Positions 43,968 to 56,628 of a DNA stretch of 64,000 nucleotides are shown here, piece after piece. Each line of letters starts with the position of its first letter. Within the stretch, counting starts at the first letter, position 1. The notes below the pieces were generated by a model that ran no database searches, had not been told where the DNA came from, and saw only the letters and a list, made by a program, of their open reading frames with translations. Source of the DNA: Alphaproteobacteria bacterium. Lineage in GTDB: Bacteria > Pseudomonadota > Alphaproteobacteria > UBA6615. The stretch spans positions 546,800-610,799 of the forward strand of contig JBMYRB010000002.1 of assembly GCA_049601915.1 (NCBI GenBank), given 5' to 3'. Both the position numbers and the translations under genes were made by a program.

Positions 43968-44917
43968 CGCCCATGGCTGAACGTTCGGTCATTGTTGTTG
44001 CCGGGCCGACGGCGAGCGGGAAGTCGGGGTTTGCAATGGGCCTCGCCGAACGGTTCGACGGCACCATCATCAATGCGGATTCGATGCAGGTTTATCGTGA
44101 CCTGCGTATTCTGACCGCCCGTCCGTCGCAAGCCGACGAGGGCCGCATCCCCCATCTTCTCTTCGGAGACCGTGACGCCACACAAGCGGGGTCGGCGGCC
44201 GACTGGGCGGGGGCGGCTCATGCCGCGTTGCAATCGGTGATCGATGCCGGCCGACGCCCCATCTTGGTGGGTGGCACGGGCCTTTATCTAAAGGCTTTGA
44301 TGGAGGGTCTGGCACCCATCCCGGAGGTGCCGCGCGAATTCAGGGGGCGTGCCCAGGCTCGTCGGCGTGAGATCGGTGATGTCGCATTTCACAACGAGCT
44401 CGCCACACGAGACCCCGAGGTCGCCGCCCGTCTCCACCCGGGTGACAGTCAGCGCGTATTGCGGGCCTGGGAGGTCGTGGAGGCGACCGGCCGGCCGCTC
44501 TCGGATTGGCAAAACGAACCTGTAATCACGCCGGACAAGTCGTTTCGCGTAATCGTCATCGATCCGCCGCGCGAAGAGCTCTACCGCAATTGCGACAGCC
44601 GATTCCTCGACATGATCGACGCTGGCGCGATCGATGAGGTGAAGACGCTCGCCGCGCGCGCCGAAGCGGAGGGTCTGGATCCGGCTCTCCCCATTTTCAA
44701 GGCCATCGGATACCCCTCACTGTCGGCGCATCTGCGAGGTGAAATGCCACTAGACGCGGCTATTGTCGCCGCCCAGCAGCAAACGAGGAATTACGCGAAA
44801 CGCCAGACGACATGGTTAAGGCACCAACTGCCTGGGAACGAGGGGGAACACCCTCGAATAGCATTGTTGAAATATAATTACTCAAATGATGATGAAGTAT
44901 TTTCATTTATGAGTTGA
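43964..44917 (+). CDS. miaA: tRNA dimethylallyltransferase
   Basis: GPTASGKS, INADSMQVY, VGGTGLY, TRNYAKRQ.TW motifs. Confidence 0.97.
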   Translation: MTPMAERSVIVVAGPTASGKSGFAMGLAERFDGTIINADSMQVYRDLRILTARPSQADEGRIPHLLFGDRDATQAGSAADWAGAAHAALQSVIDAGRRPILVGGTGLYLKALMEGLAPIPEVPREFRGRAQARRREIGDVAFHNELATRDPEVAARLHPGDSQRVLRAWEVVEATGRPLSDWQNEPVITPDKSFRVIVIDPPREELYRNCDSRFLDMIDAGAIDEVKTLAARAEAEGLDPALPIFKAIGYPSLSAHLRGEMPLDAAIVAAQQQTRNYAKRQTTWLRHQLPGNEGEHPRIALLKYNYSNDDEVFSFMS

Positions 44918-44942
44918 CGTCTCGCGAATCTTTTCTTAAGTT
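44914..44942 (+). promoter_or_regulatory. Sigma70-type promoter for ilvBN
   Basis: TTGACG-N17-TAAGTT with AT-rich upstream DNA, overlapping the miaA stop. Confidence 0.6.
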
Positions 44943-45190
44943 ACTCATGCGCTTGTAGCGGGGGTCGTTAAGGATACGGCGTTCGCGCAGCGATTTTTTG
45001 TGCCTGGCAGCATTGCGCATTCTTTGATCGACGTGGGACCGGTGTAATTCGCGCCGGTCTTGGCGATCCGGCTGGTCAACGGGAGTTATTTCGTTTATCC
45101 CGCCAGTCTTTGGTGCAGTGCAGCAACAGAATTTGGAAACCCGGGCGTTATGTCGGGTTGAATCGAACGAGAATGAAAGGTGTAGGCGTT

Positions 45191-46960
45191 ATGTCTGGCA
45201 ATCGCATGACCGGTGCGGAAATGGTGATCAAGGCTCTGGCCGACCAGGGTGTTGAGGTCGTCTTCGGTTATCCCGGTGGCGCCGTACTCCCGATGTACGA
45301 CGCGATGTTCAAGCAGAATTCCGTGCGCCATATCCTCGTTCGCCATGAGCAGGGTGCCGTTCACATGGCCGAGGGATATGCCCGCTCGACCGGCAAGGTG
45401 GGCGTTGTCCTCGTGACGTCTGGCCCGGGAGCGACAAATGCCGTGACCGGCCTGACCGACGCGCTGATGGACAGCGTTCCGGTGGTTTGCCTGACGGGGC
45501 AGGTGCCGACGCATCTGATCGGCAATGACGCCTTCCAGGAAGCGGACACGACGGGTATCACCCGACCGTGCACCAAACATAATTACCTGGTGAAGGATGT
45601 CGACGATCTCAGTGAGGTCATGCACGAAGCTTTCTATGTGGCCGGGGCGGGGCGTCCCGGGCCGGTCGTCATCGACCTGCCGAAGGATGTGCAGTTTGCC
45701 GAGGGCGAATACCATTCCCCGGAAAACGTTACCCATCGGCACTACAAGCCCCAGCGAGACGGGGCCGACGCGGCAATCGAAGAAGCGGTGGAGCTGATCG
45801 CCAATGCCAAGAAGCCGATTTTCTATATCGGCGGCGGCTGCATCAATTCCGGCCCGCGCGCGTGCGAACTCGTCACCGAGCTCGTGACGGCAACGGGCTA
45901 TCCGGCGACCACGACGATCATGGGTCTGGGCGCGTTCCCAAGTTCGTCGTCTCAGTGGCTCGGCATGCTGGGAATGCACGGGACCTATGAATCGAATTTG
46001 GCGATGCATGATTGCGATGTGATGGTCGCGATCGGCGCGCGGTTCGATGATCGCGTAACCGGTCGCACCGATGCCTTTTCACCCAATTCGAAGAAGATTC
46101 ACATCGATATCGACCCGAGCTCGATCAACAAGAATATCGCAGTCGACGTGCCGATCGTCGGTGATGTCGAGAACGTCGTTGAGGAAATGCTCGAGAAGTG
46201 GAAGGCCCGGAAAGCCAAGCCCGATGGCAAGACGCTGGAGGCATGGTGGAAGCAGATCGAAGAGTGGCGCGCTGTGGACTGCCTCGGCTTCGAGCAAGGC
46301 ACGGGTCCGAAGGACGAGATCAAGCCGCAATACGCGATCAAGCGCCTTTACGAGCTGACCAAGGACATGGATGCGCTTGTGACAACCGAGGTGGGCCAAC
46401 ATCAGATGTGGGCTGCCCAGTATTATCACTTCGACAAGCCGAACCGGTGGATGACGTCAGGCGGACTGGGCACGATGGGCTATGGCCTGCCGGCGGCCGT
46501 GGGTGTTCAGGTGGGGCACCCGGATTCGCTTGTGATCGATATCGCGGGCGAAGCGTCGACGATGATGAACATTCAGGAGCTCGGCACGATCGCCCAGTAC
46601 AAGCTCCCGGTGAAAATCTTCATCCTGAACAACTACTGGCTCGGAATGGTCCGCCAGTGGCAGGAGCTCCTGCATGGTGCGCGCTATTCGGAATCCTATT
46701 CCGATGGACTTCCGGACTTCATCAAGCTTGCGGAGAGCTATGGCATCACCGGCCTACGGGCAACCCATCCGAATGAGGTGGACGATGTCATCACGCAGAT
46801 GATCGAAACACCGGGGCCGGTTCTCGTCGATATGGTTGTCACCAAGGAAGAGAATTGTTTCCCGATGATTCCCGGCGGTGCGGCGCATAACGAAATCTTG
46901 CTAGGCCTTGAAGATCAGCAGGAACAGAAACAGTCCGAAGACGGCATGGTCCTAGTCTAG
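45191..46960 (+). CDS. ilvB: Acetolactate synthase large subunit
   Basis: [53 protein letters not shown]; start at MSGNRM. Confidence 0.97.
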   Translation: MSGNRMTGAEMVIKALADQGVEVVFGYPGGAVLPMYDAMFKQNSVRHILVRHEQGAVHMAEGYARSTGKVGVVLVTSGPGATNAVTGLTDALMDSVPVVCLTGQVPTHLIGNDAFQEADTTGITRPCTKHNYLVKDVDDLSEVMHEAFYVAGAGRPGPVVIDLPKDVQFAEGEYHSPENVTHRHYKPQRDGADAAIEEAVELIANAKKPIFYIGGGCINSGPRACELVTELVTATGYPATTTIMGLGAFPSSSSQWLGMLGMHGTYESNLAMHDCDVMVAIGARFDDRVTGRTDAFSPNSKKIHIDIDPSSINKNIAVDVPIVGDVENVVEEMLEKWKARKAKPDGKTLEAWWKQIEEWRAVDCLGFEQGTGPKDEIKPQYAIKRLYELTKDMDALVTTEVGQHQMWAAQYYHFDKPNRWMTSGGLGTMGYGLPAAVGVQVGHPDSLVIDIAGEASTMMNIQELGTIAQYKLPVKIFILNNYWLGMVRQWQELLHGARYSESYSDGLPDFIKLAESYGITGLRATHPNEVDDVITQMIETPGPVLVDMVVTKEENCFPMIPGGAAHNEILLGLEDQQEQKQSEDGMVLV

Positions 46961-47029
46961 GTCGGGCGATCGATAAGGCGGCCGAGGGGCCGCTTCCGTA
47001 TGACGACTATTCATTGAAAGTGACGCGTT

Positions 47030-47578
47030 ATGGCGAAAAGAAGCGATGCCGTTGAACGGCATGTTCTGGCGGTACTGGTGGACAACGAACCTGGCGTTCT
47101 AGCGCGCGTGGTGGGTCTGTTCTCCGGCCGCGGATACAATATCGAAACCCTGACGGTGGCGGCGGTGAGCGAGGATGAAACATCATCGCGGATCAACATC
47201 GTGACGACCGGCACGCCGATGATCATCGAACAGATCAAGGCGCAGCTGGAACGCCTTGTGCCGATCCGCGATGTTCACGACCTGACCGAAGAGGGGCCGC
47301 ATGTCGCCCATGAAGTGGCACTGGTGAAAATCGAGAACGAAGGTTCCGAACGTCGCGAGGCGCTTCGGATCGCCGATATTTTTCGCGCGCGCGTTGTCGA
47401 TACGGGCGTGGATTCATTCGTCTTTTCCCTGACCGGCGCGTCGGAGAAAGTCGACAGCTTCCTGCAGCTTATGCGCAACCTGGGGCGGACCGAAATATCC
47501 CGTTCGGGGGTAGTCGCACTCCAGCGAAGTAACAAGGATGGCGTCCCTAATCTGTCCGGCGGACTGGACGACGATTAG
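47030..47578 (+). CDS. ilvN: Acetolactate synthase small subunit
   Basis: VDNEPGVLARVVGLFSGRGYNIE ACT domain. Confidence 0.96.
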   Translation: MAKRSDAVERHVLAVLVDNEPGVLARVVGLFSGRGYNIETLTVAAVSEDETSSRINIVTTGTPMIIEQIKAQLERLVPIRDVHDLTEEGPHVAHEVALVKIENEGSERREALRIADIFRARVVDTGVDSFVFSLTGASEKVDSFLQLMRNLGRTEISRSGVVALQRSNKDGVPNLSGGLDDD

Positions 47579-47676
47579 ATGACGGTACGACGGGTCATTG
47601 CCCGGCGGCACCGAGCACTGTAAAACCGCGCCACACCGGGCGCGGAAACGCGAAACCACCGATACATCAAGACTGA

Positions 47677-48717
<1,041 letters not shown>

Positions 48718-49002
48718 ATTGGTCCGGAATTCGTTCAGTCCGTGCGCCGAAATATGGCGTGCGGACCGAAACCGACTGGTTTGGTTAACAAAATCGTTGC
48801 GGTCGAACGTAAAATCGCTCTAAAACAAGGGCGTTAAGGCACTTTCTTTGCATTCTGGTGAACCGATTGTTCATCTTTTATTAACTTCCCTGCGTCGATT
48901 CTTCGGGTTCGAGGTTCCGCCGGGGCCGTTAGGGAGATTCGAGGCGTGGCGAAAGTCCGCACAGTAGTTGATGTATCGGCGCATTCCGCTTGCGGTTTGC
49001 CG

Positions 49003-49127
49003 ATGGCTGATCTGTGCCTGAACACGCTCGATCTCGGCGCGCTTCTTATCGGCAGTGCGGCCCTGCGACTTAGGTGCCCCTGAACATAAGCAGACCATAC
49101 GGCCTGTGTTGTTCAGGGGGAGTTTTT
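49003..49127 (+). promoter_or_regulatory. Putative leuA attenuator: Leu-rich leader ORF plus hairpin
   Basis: ORF 49003-49083 MADLCLNTLDLGALLIGSAALRLRCP* (8 Leu of 26); stem CCCCTGAACA (49077-49086)/TGTTCAGGGG (49110-49119), then GAGTTTTT. Confidence 0.55.
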
Positions 49128-49164
49128 CACCCGAAGTCAGCAAACCGAATTTGAGGCAGGACCA

Positions 49165-50760
49165 ATGACCGCCACCGAAACAAACACACAAGGCAAAGAT
49201 TCGTCGGTCGACAAGAGCGATCCGAATTACGTTCGTATTTTTGACACCACGTTGCGCGACGGCGAGCAATCGCCGGGTTGCTCGATGAACCTCGAAGAGA
49301 AAGTGCGTGTCGCGCAAATTCTTGAAGAGCTCGGGGTCGACATCATCGAAGCCGGCTTTCCGATCGCATCGAACGGCGACTTCGAGGCTGTGCGAGAAGT
49401 CGCCAGCACGATCAAGAGATCGACTGTGGCTGGGCTTGCCCGCGCGGCCCATCAGGACATCGACCGCGCCTGGGAGGCCGTCAAAGTGGCCGAGCTGCCG
49501 CGCATTCATACGTTCCTGTCGACCAGTCCGCTGCATATGAAGTTCAAGCTCCAGATGGAGCCGGACGAAGTGCATGACGCGGTCATCGACAGCGTCAGCT
49601 ACGCGCGCAACCTTTGCCCCGATGTCGAATGGTCTCCGGAGGACGGTTCGCGAACCGAGAATGATTTTCTTTGCCGGACAGTTGAAAGCGCCATTCGGGC
49701 CGGCGCCTCCACGATCAACATTCCCGACACGGTCGGTTATGCGGTGCCCGAGGAATTTGCCGCGTTGATCGAGATGCTTTTCAACCGGGTGCCGAATATC
49801 GACAAGGCCGTGATCTCGGTGCATTGCCATAATGATCTCGGGCTCGCTGTTGCCAATTCGCTGGCCGCCGTGGGGGCCGGCGCGCGTCAGGTCGAATGCA
49901 CCATCAACGGCATCGGCGAGCGGGCGGGTAACTGCGCGCTCGAGGAAATTATCATGGCCCTGCGCACGCGTCATGACGCGATGCCCTATCTGACCGGTGC
50001 GGATTCGACCGTGATCACCCGCGCCAGCCATCTCGTTTCCACGATCACCGGTTTTAACGTGCAGCCGAACAAGGCGATCGTCGGCGCCAATGCATTCGCG
50101 CATGAGTCGGGAATTCACCAGGATGGTGTACTCAAGAATGCCGAGACCTATGAGATCATGACGCCGGAATCGGTTGGCTTGAACGAATCCAATCTGGTGA
50201 TGGGCAAACATTCGGGCAGTCATGCCTTCCGTGAGAAGCTCAAGGACCTCGGCTATGGCGACATGGGCGACAACGCCGTGCGCGATGCCTTCCAGAGGTT
50301 CAAGGATCTCGCGGACAAAAAGAAAGAGCTCTTCGACGAGGATCTGATTGCTCTCGTTGATGACACAATTCAGCACGAGAATGTTCGGCTCAAGTTTGTA
50401 TCTCTGCAGGTGCGCGCTGGCTCGAAAGGGCCCCAGGAGGCTGATCTTGAGATCGAAATCGATGGTGAACTCGTGAAGACGACGGCGCAGGGCAACGGCC
50501 CGGTCGACGCGACGTTCAATGCGATCGGCGAGTTGTTCCCGCATGAAGCCAAACTGCAACTCTACCAGGTGCACGCGGTGACGGGTGGGACGGACGCTCA
50601 GGCCGAAGTGACGGTCCGTCTCGACGAGAATGGCAAGACCGTGAACGGGCAGAGTGCCGACGCAGACACCCTTGTCGCGTCCGCGCGGGCCTATCTGCAC
50701 GGGCTGAACAAACTGCTTGTGAAACGAGAAAAAACCGCGCCGGCGGCTTTGTCGGCGTAG
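49165..50760 (+). CDS. leuA: 2-isopropylmalate synthase
   Basis: IFDTTLRDGEQSPG, HCHNDLG, GIGERAGN, HESGIHQDG, GNGPVDA regulatory domain. Confidence 0.98.
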   Translation: MTATETNTQGKDSSVDKSDPNYVRIFDTTLRDGEQSPGCSMNLEEKVRVAQILEELGVDIIEAGFPIASNGDFEAVREVASTIKRSTVAGLARAAHQDIDRAWEAVKVAELPRIHTFLSTSPLHMKFKLQMEPDEVHDAVIDSVSYARNLCPDVEWSPEDGSRTENDFLCRTVESAIRAGASTINIPDTVGYAVPEEFAALIEMLFNRVPNIDKAVISVHCHNDLGLAVANSLAAVGAGARQVECTINGIGERAGNCALEEIIMALRTRHDAMPYLTGADSTVITRASHLVSTITGFNVQPNKAIVGANAFAHESGIHQDGVLKNAETYEIMTPESVGLNESNLVMGKHSGSHAFREKLKDLGYGDMGDNAVRDAFQRFKDLADKKKELFDEDLIALVDDTIQHENVRLKFVSLQVRAGSKGPQEADLEIEIDGELVKTTAQGNGPVDATFNAIGELFPHEAKLQLYQVHAVTGGTDAQAEVTVRLDENGKTVNGQSADADTLVASARAYLHGLNKLLVKREKTAPAALSA

Positions 50761-50769
50761 TCGGTAACT

Positions 50770-50793
50770 GGGCGGAGCTCTGGCGCTCCGCCC
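50770..50793 (+). terminator. Hairpin after leuA
   Basis: GGGCGGAGC-TCTGGC-GCTCCGCCC; no adjacent U-tract, so termination is uncertain. Confidence 0.4.
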
Positions 50794-50822
50794 GGACCCA
50801 TCTTTTGGGGTCGAACAATTAA

Positions 50823-51881
<1,059 letters not shown>

Positions 51882-51927
51882 TCGGACACCGGAGTGACGG
51901 CGAAACCCTGGACGACTGGATAGTCTG

Positions 51928-52872
51928 GTGTCGAAACGAAATGCGAGCATGTCGGTTGCCGGTTTGGCCGTGCCGATACGCATCTGGGGCCAGAGATTTG
52001 CGTTTCTCGGGCTGGTGGCGGTTGCGTTCGCGTTAATACTCCTCAGTAAGGCGGAAACCGGTGCGCTGGAACGCGCCCGGGCCGCGATTGTGGATGCCAC
52101 GATACCCGTCCTCGATGTCATGTCGCGCCCTGTCGAGGTGGGTCAGTCGATGGCCCAGTCTGTCGAAAGCTTTTTTGTTGTCCGGGCCGAGAATGACCGG
52201 CTGCGCCAGGAGAATGCGCGGCTGCTGCGCTGGATGTTGATGGCGCAACAGCTGGAGGTCGAAAACGCGACCTTGCGCGCACAGCTTGATTTCATTCCCG
52301 GAACCGAACCCCGGGCGATTACCGCGCGGGTAGTAGCCGATACCGGTGGCGCGTTCTTCCATAGTCTGTTGATCAATGCGGGGGCGCGTCACTTCGTGCA
52401 GCGTGGACAGGCGGTCGTCTCCCATGGCGGCTTGGTCGGTCGGGTTGTGGAAGTGGGCGATCGGTCGGCGCGCGTGTTGCTGTTGACCGACCTAAACTCC
52501 CGTATTCCGGCGATCGTGAAATCTACCGGTGACCGCGTCATTGTGACGGGTGACAACACGCCCTGGCCGACGCTGACCTATCTCGCATCGAATTCTCCGG
52601 TCTCGGCAGGCGATCGAGTGCTGACCTCCGGACATGGCGGTGTCTTTCCGCCGGGGCTCGTGATCGGCGTCGTCGCCGAGGCGAGTGAAGCACGGGTCAC
52701 CATTCAGCCTGCCGTACCGTTATCGCAGGTAAGTGAAGCGCGGGTGCTCGACTATGGCGTGAACGGCATTCTGCCGCCGCCGGAACAGGTTCCCGCGAGG
52801 GCCCCGCAGCGGCCGGCCGATCTGGCAGGGCCGTCCGCGGCTCCAGCCGCTGACGCAGAGCCGACCCAATGA
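51928..52872 (+). CDS. mreC: Rod shape-determining protein MreC
   Basis: TM, coiled coil, GLVGRV, TSGHGGVFPPGL. Confidence 0.95.
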   Translation: MSKRNASMSVAGLAVPIRIWGQRFAFLGLVAVAFALILLSKAETGALERARAAIVDATIPVLDVMSRPVEVGQSMAQSVESFFVVRAENDRLRQENARLLRWMLMAQQLEVENATLRAQLDFIPGTEPRAITARVVADTGGAFFHSLLINAGARHFVQRGQAVVSHGGLVGRVVEVGDRSARVLLLTDLNSRIPAIVKSTGDRVIVTGDNTPWPTLTYLASNSPVSAGDRVLTSGHGGVFPPGLVIGVVAEASEARVTIQPAVPLSQVSEARVLDYGVNGILPPPEQVPARAPQRPADLAGPSAAPAADAEPTQ

Positions 52873-53393
52873 ACGCGGCCACGTTCGGCCCCGTCCTCGG
52901 ATTCTCCCGGCGGGTTGTGCCGGGCCTCACCACCCTCCTGCTGATCCTGCTGGCGCAGCTGCCGATGCCGCTGCCTTTCCTTCCCGATATCGCCCCGGCA
53001 TTGCCGTTGATGGCGATCTACTACTGGGTCGTCTTCCGCCCTGACCTGATGCCCCGGATCCTGGTGTTCGCACTGGGTCTGTTCCACGACGCGCTGATCG
53101 GCGCTCCGTTTGGGTTGTCGGGCCTGATCTATCTGCTCGCGCACGGGTTCGTTCTCAACCAGCGCCGTTTTCTCGTCGGCAAACCGTTCTGGATTTTCTG
53201 GTCGGGCTTCGCCATCGTCACGCCGGTGGCGGCGTTCCTGACCTGGTTACTGGCATCGGTGCTTCGCGGGGCGATCCTGCCCACCGATGTGGTGCTGATG
53301 GGCATGCTCCTGACCGTAATCACTTTTCCCGCTATCGCCTGGGTGCTGCTGTACAGCCAACGCTGGCTCGTCGGCTCGGCGCAGCCGTCATGA
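52869..53393 (+). CDS. mreD: Rod shape-determining protein MreD
   Basis: Hydrophobic 174 aa, YYW..RPD and GL..D motifs; lies between mreC and mrdA. Confidence 0.93.
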   Translation: MNAATFGPVLGFSRRVVPGLTTLLLILLAQLPMPLPFLPDIAPALPLMAIYYWVVFRPDLMPRILVFALGLFHDALIGAPFGLSGLIYLLAHGFVLNQRRFLVGKPFWIFWSGFAIVTPVAAFLTWLLASVLRGAILPTDVVLMGMLLTVITFPAIAWVLLYSQRWLVGSAQPS

Positions 53394-55279
53394 ACAATCG
53401 CGACAATGATCGTCAGCGGCAGTTCACGCGCCGCGCGGCACTCTTGGCTGGGGGCCAGTTCAGTCTTCTGACCGCGCTCGTCGGCCGGATGTACTACCTG
53501 CAGGTGGTCGAATCCGAGCGCTACCACATGCTGGCCGAGGAAAACCGGATCAACATGCGGCTTCTGCCGCCGTCTCGCGGCCGGGTCATTGACCGGTTCG
53601 GTGTGCCCATTGCGGTCAACCATCAGAATTACCGCGTGCTGCTGAAAGCCGAGAACGCGCCGGACGTTTCGGCGGTGCTGGATCGTCTTTCGATGATCAT
53701 ACCGATTAGCGATGACGAGAAGGCGCGGGTCCTCAAGGAAATTCGCCGGCGCAAAAAATTCGTGCCTGTGACCGTTCGAGAGTTTCTTGATTGGGAAGAT
53801 GTCGCGCAGCTCGAGGTGAACACGCCTGATCTCCCGGGCATCGATATCGACGTTGGTGAGCGGCGTTTCTATCCCAACGGTGAGGCGGGCGCGCATATCC
53901 TCGGTTATGTGGGGTCACCCCGACCGCAAGATCTTTCTGGCGATCCGCTGCTTGAACTGCCCGGTTTTAAAGTGGGGCGCAGTGGTGTCGAGCTGTCGTT
54001 TGATCTGCCGTTGCGCGGACGCGCCGGCGCCAGCCAGATTGAGGTGAATTCCGTCGGCCGCGTCATTCGCGAGCTCGACCGGCAGGATGGCGACCCGGGC
54101 CAGGATGTGGTCCTGACCATCGATATGGCGCTTCAGCAGGAGGCCATGAAACGACTGGGTGATGAGGCCGGGTCGGTGGTCGTGATGGATGTCGAGACGG
54201 GCGGGGTCATTGTTCAGGCGTCAACGCCGAGTTTCGACCCCAACGCCTTTACCGAAGGCCTGAGCACGGCCCAGTGGCGCGCCGTCGCTGACAATGAACG
54301 AGCGCCCCTGCGCAACAAGGCGCTCGCGGGCGAATATGCACCGGGCTCGACCTTCAAGATGATCGTGGCGCTCGCGGCACTTCAAGCGGGTTTGGTGACA
54401 CCGGAAACGGACTATTTTTGCCCCGGTTTTCTTGAAGTCGGCGATGGCAAGTTTCATTGCTGGCGTCGCCAGGGCCATGGTCATGTGAATCTCGACCGGG
54501 GCATTGCGGAATCCTGCGATGTGTATTTCTACGAAGTCGCACGGCGCGTGGGCATCGACAACATCGCGCGTATGGCGAACAAGTTCGGCTTGGGTGCCGA
54601 GCTGGGAATGGACATGCCCGGCGAGCGGGCAGGGCTAATACCGAGCAAGGCCTGGAAGCGTGCTGTCATTGGCCAGCCATGGGTTTTTGGTGAAACGCTG
54701 GTAGCCGGTATTGGCCAGGGCTTTATCACCACCACGCCCATGCAACTCGCGACCATGACCGCGCGTATGGTCAACGGCGGCAAGGCCGTCAGTCCCCATT
54801 TGGCGCGTGACGTCGTGGTGCGGGATACGCTTGCTGCACGCGTGCTCGCCGAAACCGAAACGATTGATGTGGATCCCCGGCATCTGAAGTCGGTCATGGA
54901 TGCCATGACGCTTGTGACAGAATCCCCGGCGGGTACGGCCCACGCTGCACGGATCATGACGCGGGGCCTGTCGATGGGGGGCAAGACCGGGACGGCTCAG
55001 GTCCGGCGGATCACCCAGCGTGAACGCGACGGCGGTGTGATCAAGAACAAGGACTTGCCCTGGCGTTTTCGCGATCACGCATTGTTTGTCGGCTACGGGC
55101 CCGTGAAGGCGCCGCGCTACTCCATTTCGGTGGTTGTTGAGCATGGTGGCGGCGGTTCGGCTGTCGCCGCGCCGATTGCCCGCGATGTCATGACGCAAAC
55201 CCTGATTCGCGATCCCGCGCGGCTGGCACCCGGTGCTAACGTGGCGGGTCTGCGTGCGCCGGGCAGTCAGGATGGTTGA
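53390..55279 (+). CDS. mrdA: Penicillin-binding protein 2
   Basis: RGRVIDRFG, PGSTFK, SCDVYFY, GKTGTAQ, DHALF motifs. Confidence 0.97.
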   Translation: MNNRDNDRQRQFTRRAALLAGGQFSLLTALVGRMYYLQVVESERYHMLAEENRINMRLLPPSRGRVIDRFGVPIAVNHQNYRVLLKAENAPDVSAVLDRLSMIIPISDDEKARVLKEIRRRKKFVPVTVREFLDWEDVAQLEVNTPDLPGIDIDVGERRFYPNGEAGAHILGYVGSPRPQDLSGDPLLELPGFKVGRSGVELSFDLPLRGRAGASQIEVNSVGRVIRELDRQDGDPGQDVVLTIDMALQQEAMKRLGDEAGSVVVMDVETGGVIVQASTPSFDPNAFTEGLSTAQWRAVADNERAPLRNKALAGEYAPGSTFKMIVALAALQAGLVTPETDYFCPGFLEVGDGKFHCWRRQGHGHVNLDRGIAESCDVYFYEVARRVGIDNIARMANKFGLGAELGMDMPGERAGLIPSKAWKRAVIGQPWVFGETLVAGIGQGFITTTPMQLATMTARMVNGGKAVSPHLARDVVVRDTLAARVLAETETIDVDPRHLKSVMDAMTLVTESPAGTAHAARIMTRGLSMGGKTGTAQVRRITQRERDGGVIKNKDLPWRFRDHALFVGYGPVKAPRYSISVVVEHGGGGSAVAAPIARDVMTQTLIRDPARLAPGANVAGLRAPGSQDG

Positions 55280-55281
55280 CC

Positions 55282-56427
55282 ATGGCACGTCTTAGCGGCA
55301 CCACCTCGACCAAACTCACATTCCGCGAGAAGCTCCTGCATCTGAACTGGGAGTTCGTGCTGCTGATCGTGCTGACGGCGTCGATCGGGTTCGCGATGTT
55401 GTTTTCTGCCGCGAATGGTGACTTCGAACCTTGGGCGTCGCGCCAGCTCATGCGTTTCGGCGTGGGCATCCTGCTGATGATCGCGGTCGCGATGACCGAT
55501 ATCCGCATCTGGTTGCGCGCCGCCTTTCCGATCTATGCGCTCTGTCTGGCGCTGCTCGCGGCAGTGGAACTCATGGGCTCGATCGGGATGGGCGCGCAGC
55601 GCTGGCTCGATCTGGGTCTTTTCCAGCTGCAGCCTTCTGAAGTCATGAAGATCGCGGTGGTACTGGCGTTGGCGCGCTATTTCCACGGCCTGGACGCCGA
55701 GGATGCGGGCCGGCTGACAAACCTTGCCATTCCGATTGTACTGGTAGCCGCGCCGATGGCGCTGGTGTTACGGCAGCCCGATCTGGGGACGGCCGGTGTG
55801 GTGGCGATGGTCGGGGCCGCGATGTTCTGGCTCGGTGGGGCCCGCTTGTGGCAGTTCGCCACCGTCGCGGCGGCGGCAGCAGCAGCGGTGCCGATCGGCT
55901 GGCAGTTCCTGCACAGCTATCAAAAGCAACGCATATTTACTTTTCTCAACCCGGAAACCGATCCGCTCGGTGCTGGCTATCACATCCTCCAGTCGAAGAT
56001 TGCGCTCGGTTCGGGCGGCCTGTTCGGCAAGGGATTCCTGGCCGGCACCCAGAGCCATCTGAACTTCCTGCCGGAGAAACAAACCGACTTCATCTTCACG
56101 GTGTTGGCCGAGGAGTTCGGCCTCGTTGGCGGGACGGGGTTGATCGCGCTCTACGGGCTGCTGATCGCCTATGGCATCTATATCGCGTTCCGCGCCCGTA
56201 GCCATTTTGCATGCCTCCTAGCGATGGGCCTGACGGTGAACTTCTTCCTCTATGTCTTCATCAATATTGCTATGGTAATGGGCATCCTGCCCGTCGTCGG
56301 CGTGCCCCTGCCGCTAATTTCCTATGGCGGTACGGCGATGTTGACGGTGTTGATCGGCTTCGGCCTGATCATGAGCTGCTGGCTGCACCGGGATACCTAC
56401 ATCAACAAACGCGGGGGCACGGCCTAG
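55282..56427 (+). CDS. rodA: SEDS protein RodA
   Basis: GAQRW, QPSE, QPDLGT, LPEKQTDFIF, PLISYGG motifs. Confidence 0.97.
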   Translation: MARLSGTTSTKLTFREKLLHLNWEFVLLIVLTASIGFAMLFSAANGDFEPWASRQLMRFGVGILLMIAVAMTDIRIWLRAAFPIYALCLALLAAVELMGSIGMGAQRWLDLGLFQLQPSEVMKIAVVLALARYFHGLDAEDAGRLTNLAIPIVLVAAPMALVLRQPDLGTAGVVAMVGAAMFWLGGARLWQFATVAAAAAAAVPIGWQFLHSYQKQRIFTFLNPETDPLGAGYHILQSKIALGSGGLFGKGFLAGTQSHLNFLPEKQTDFIFTVLAEEFGLVGGTGLIALYGLLIAYGIYIAFRARSHFACLLAMGLTVNFFLYVFINIAMVMGILPVVGVPLPLISYGGTAMLTVLIGFGLIMSCWLHRDTYINKRGGTA

Positions 56428-56505
56428 TCCTCTGGTTTTCGCGCGCCCGCGTATCGACAACCGGGGTCACGGGTGTTATATCCGCCGCCGCTTCAGGTGC
56501 ACGGT

Positions 56506-56581
<76 letters not shown>

Positions 56582-56589
56582 ATAATTTC

Positions 56590-56628
56590 AATGCCTTAGC
56601 GGATTTCCGCTAAGGCATTTCTTTCTCT
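56590..56628 (+). terminator. Intrinsic terminator after the tRNA
   Basis: 13-bp stem AATGCCTTAGCGG-ATTT-CCGCTAAGGCATT followed by TCTTTCTCT. Confidence 0.75.

Noticed and set aside
48780-48890. CtrA-like half sites (TTCA-N7-TTAAC) upstream of leuA
   Set aside because: Degenerate matches in AT-rich DNA, no full TTAA-N7-TTAA, and an unlikely target gene.
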